Positions 62,800-64,000 of a DNA stretch of 64,000 nucleotides are shown in pieces. The notes beneath the pieces are model-generated. The model saw only the letters and a program-made list of their open reading frames with translations, ran no database searches and was not told where the DNA came from. This stretch comes from Podarcis pityusensis. Taxonomy: Eukaryota. The position numbers and the translations under genes are program-made. Position 1 is the stretch's first letter. Each line of letters begins with the position of its first letter. The stretch lies in assembly GCA_964106645.2 (NCBI GenBank), contig OZ067039.1. One strand, 5' to 3'.

Positions 62800-63636
62800 T
62801 TAAGGAATAGATTTGGTTTGACACCCCTGTCAGAGACGACAATTAACAGCCCTTTGTATATTTATTTATCTTGCCTGCCTACTTACTTTTTGGCATCTGT
62901 TGTTTTTTTTTTAAATAGTGCCTGCCTCAGTGACCCCAAAGCCAATGGTGAGAGCTGGCCATGGGGTGCCCCTAACTGGACATGGGTTGTGTCCCAGGTC
63001 CTTGCAAATGCTGGTGGAGTGTAGAGCAAGGAGAGGCCTCTTTTTCATGTTACATTTTAAACTTAAGTAAGATGCATTGAAAGAGGGAGAAGGCAAATTG
63101 TTTAATCTGTTGAAATGTAGTGTGCAATAACTTCAGCTCAGGTCTGGGGCTTGGCGGGGGGGGGGGGAGGGAATGTAGGCCTGAGAATGCTGAGCCTGAT
63201 CATAGTTTTCCCCGAGTTGCTTTTGTCACTTGGGGAGTTGTCCCATTTGCTCAAGCAGTTGGACACAACCCACATTGTGATTGCTGAAACAGCATCAGAA
63301 ACCATGGGTCTGCATACCCCTCGGCTTATGCGTTGGCTCTGTCGAGAGGATGGATGACATGGAAAAGTGGGGAGGGGGTGGGGAATTGAGAGCAGGGAGG
63401 GGAAATAAATTTCTTATATTCACTGGAGAATTACAATGGACCAGAAGCTTAGATTTGAGCTGCAGCTGCAGTGGTCACCTGCTAGGCTGCTCACCTGGCA
63501 TTTTGCAACAGCCTTGCTATCTTAACAGATACTGAGAGATAATGGCACTTTCTGGCCCATGCAGTGGCACTGCCCTATAGCAGGAGCCCAAGGTCCCAGT
63601 CCAACAGGCTAATGCCCTCTGTCTCTCCCATCCCAG

Positions 63637-63755
63637 GTGTTCCTCGGTGAGGTGAATGCAGGGCTGAGCAGCACTCAGGTGGTAGTGAAGGAACTCAAAG
63701 CCAGTGCCAGTGTTCAAGATCAGATGCAGTTCCTGGAAGAGGCCCAGCCTTACAG
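63637..63755 (+). CDS. AATK: AATK/LMTK1 coding exon (equivalent to exon 5): kinase subdomains II-III; gene continues beyond the window
   Basis: tcccag| acceptor, CAG|gtaagt donor. 119 nt, phase 0 to 2. My translation: VFLGEVNAGLSSTQVVVKELKASASVQDQMQFLEEAQPY(R), containing the VVVK catalytic Lys and the alphaC Glu. Confidence 0.95.
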
Positions 63756-64000
63756 GTAAGTTCCCCAGGGCCTTTCTGTAATAAGAAACATTGTTGTTGT
63801 TTTTAATTGCTGCATTTGTACTCCCAGGTCTGTGCTTGTGGGATTTTCTGTCTCAGGTGTCAAAGTAACTTGGCCAAACTTGGGCGCTATGCACTTTGTC
63901 CTGGGGAAGTGGCTCCACTTGCTGTTCCACCTGAGGCAGTGGAACGTCTATTGATGACCTTGGCCAGGAGAGAAAGATTATAAGAGGACCAGTGTTATGT

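Noticed and set aside
62734-63024. Intron read-through ORF extensions (also 49047-49370 and 54318-54692)
   Set aside because: AATK similarity stops exactly at consensus splice sites. The extensions are non-coding intron.
1-64000. Remaining 60-190 aa ORFs in the track
   Set aside because: No recognisable protein similarity. Many use non-ATG starts or overlap repeats, consistent with chance.

Overview
Vertebrate genomic DNA from a squamate reptile, probably a lacertid lizard, judged from the Sauria/Squam-type SINEs, Bov-B and lizard MITE families. The only host protein-coding sequence is four consecutive + strand coding exons of AATK (LMTK1): 49204-49337, 54498-54639, 62654-62733 and 63637-63755. 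All have GT-AG sites and compatible phases. The canonical first exon was not found, so 1-49203 is probably mostly intron 1, and the gene runs off the right edge. The standout feature is a complete, very young 4895-bp Ty3/Gypsy LTR retrotransposon (56093-60987) in sense orientation inside an AATK intron. It has an intact 1358-aa gag-pol ORF, LTRs differing by one indel, a tRNA-Ser PBS, a PPT and a 5-bp TSD. The rest is a dense set of L1-like, L2-like, Bov-B and Penelope fragments, SINEs, a solo LTR and Tc1/mariner and hAT MITEs. Less ordinary items: a candidate alternative signal-peptide first exon in phase with AATK (43617-43725), several long intronic fold-backs, a SINE rearranged into a TIR-bounded unit, and SINEs sharing one CR1 tail under different tRNA heads. 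I found no convincing wholly new biological system. Family names come from recall, not database searches.
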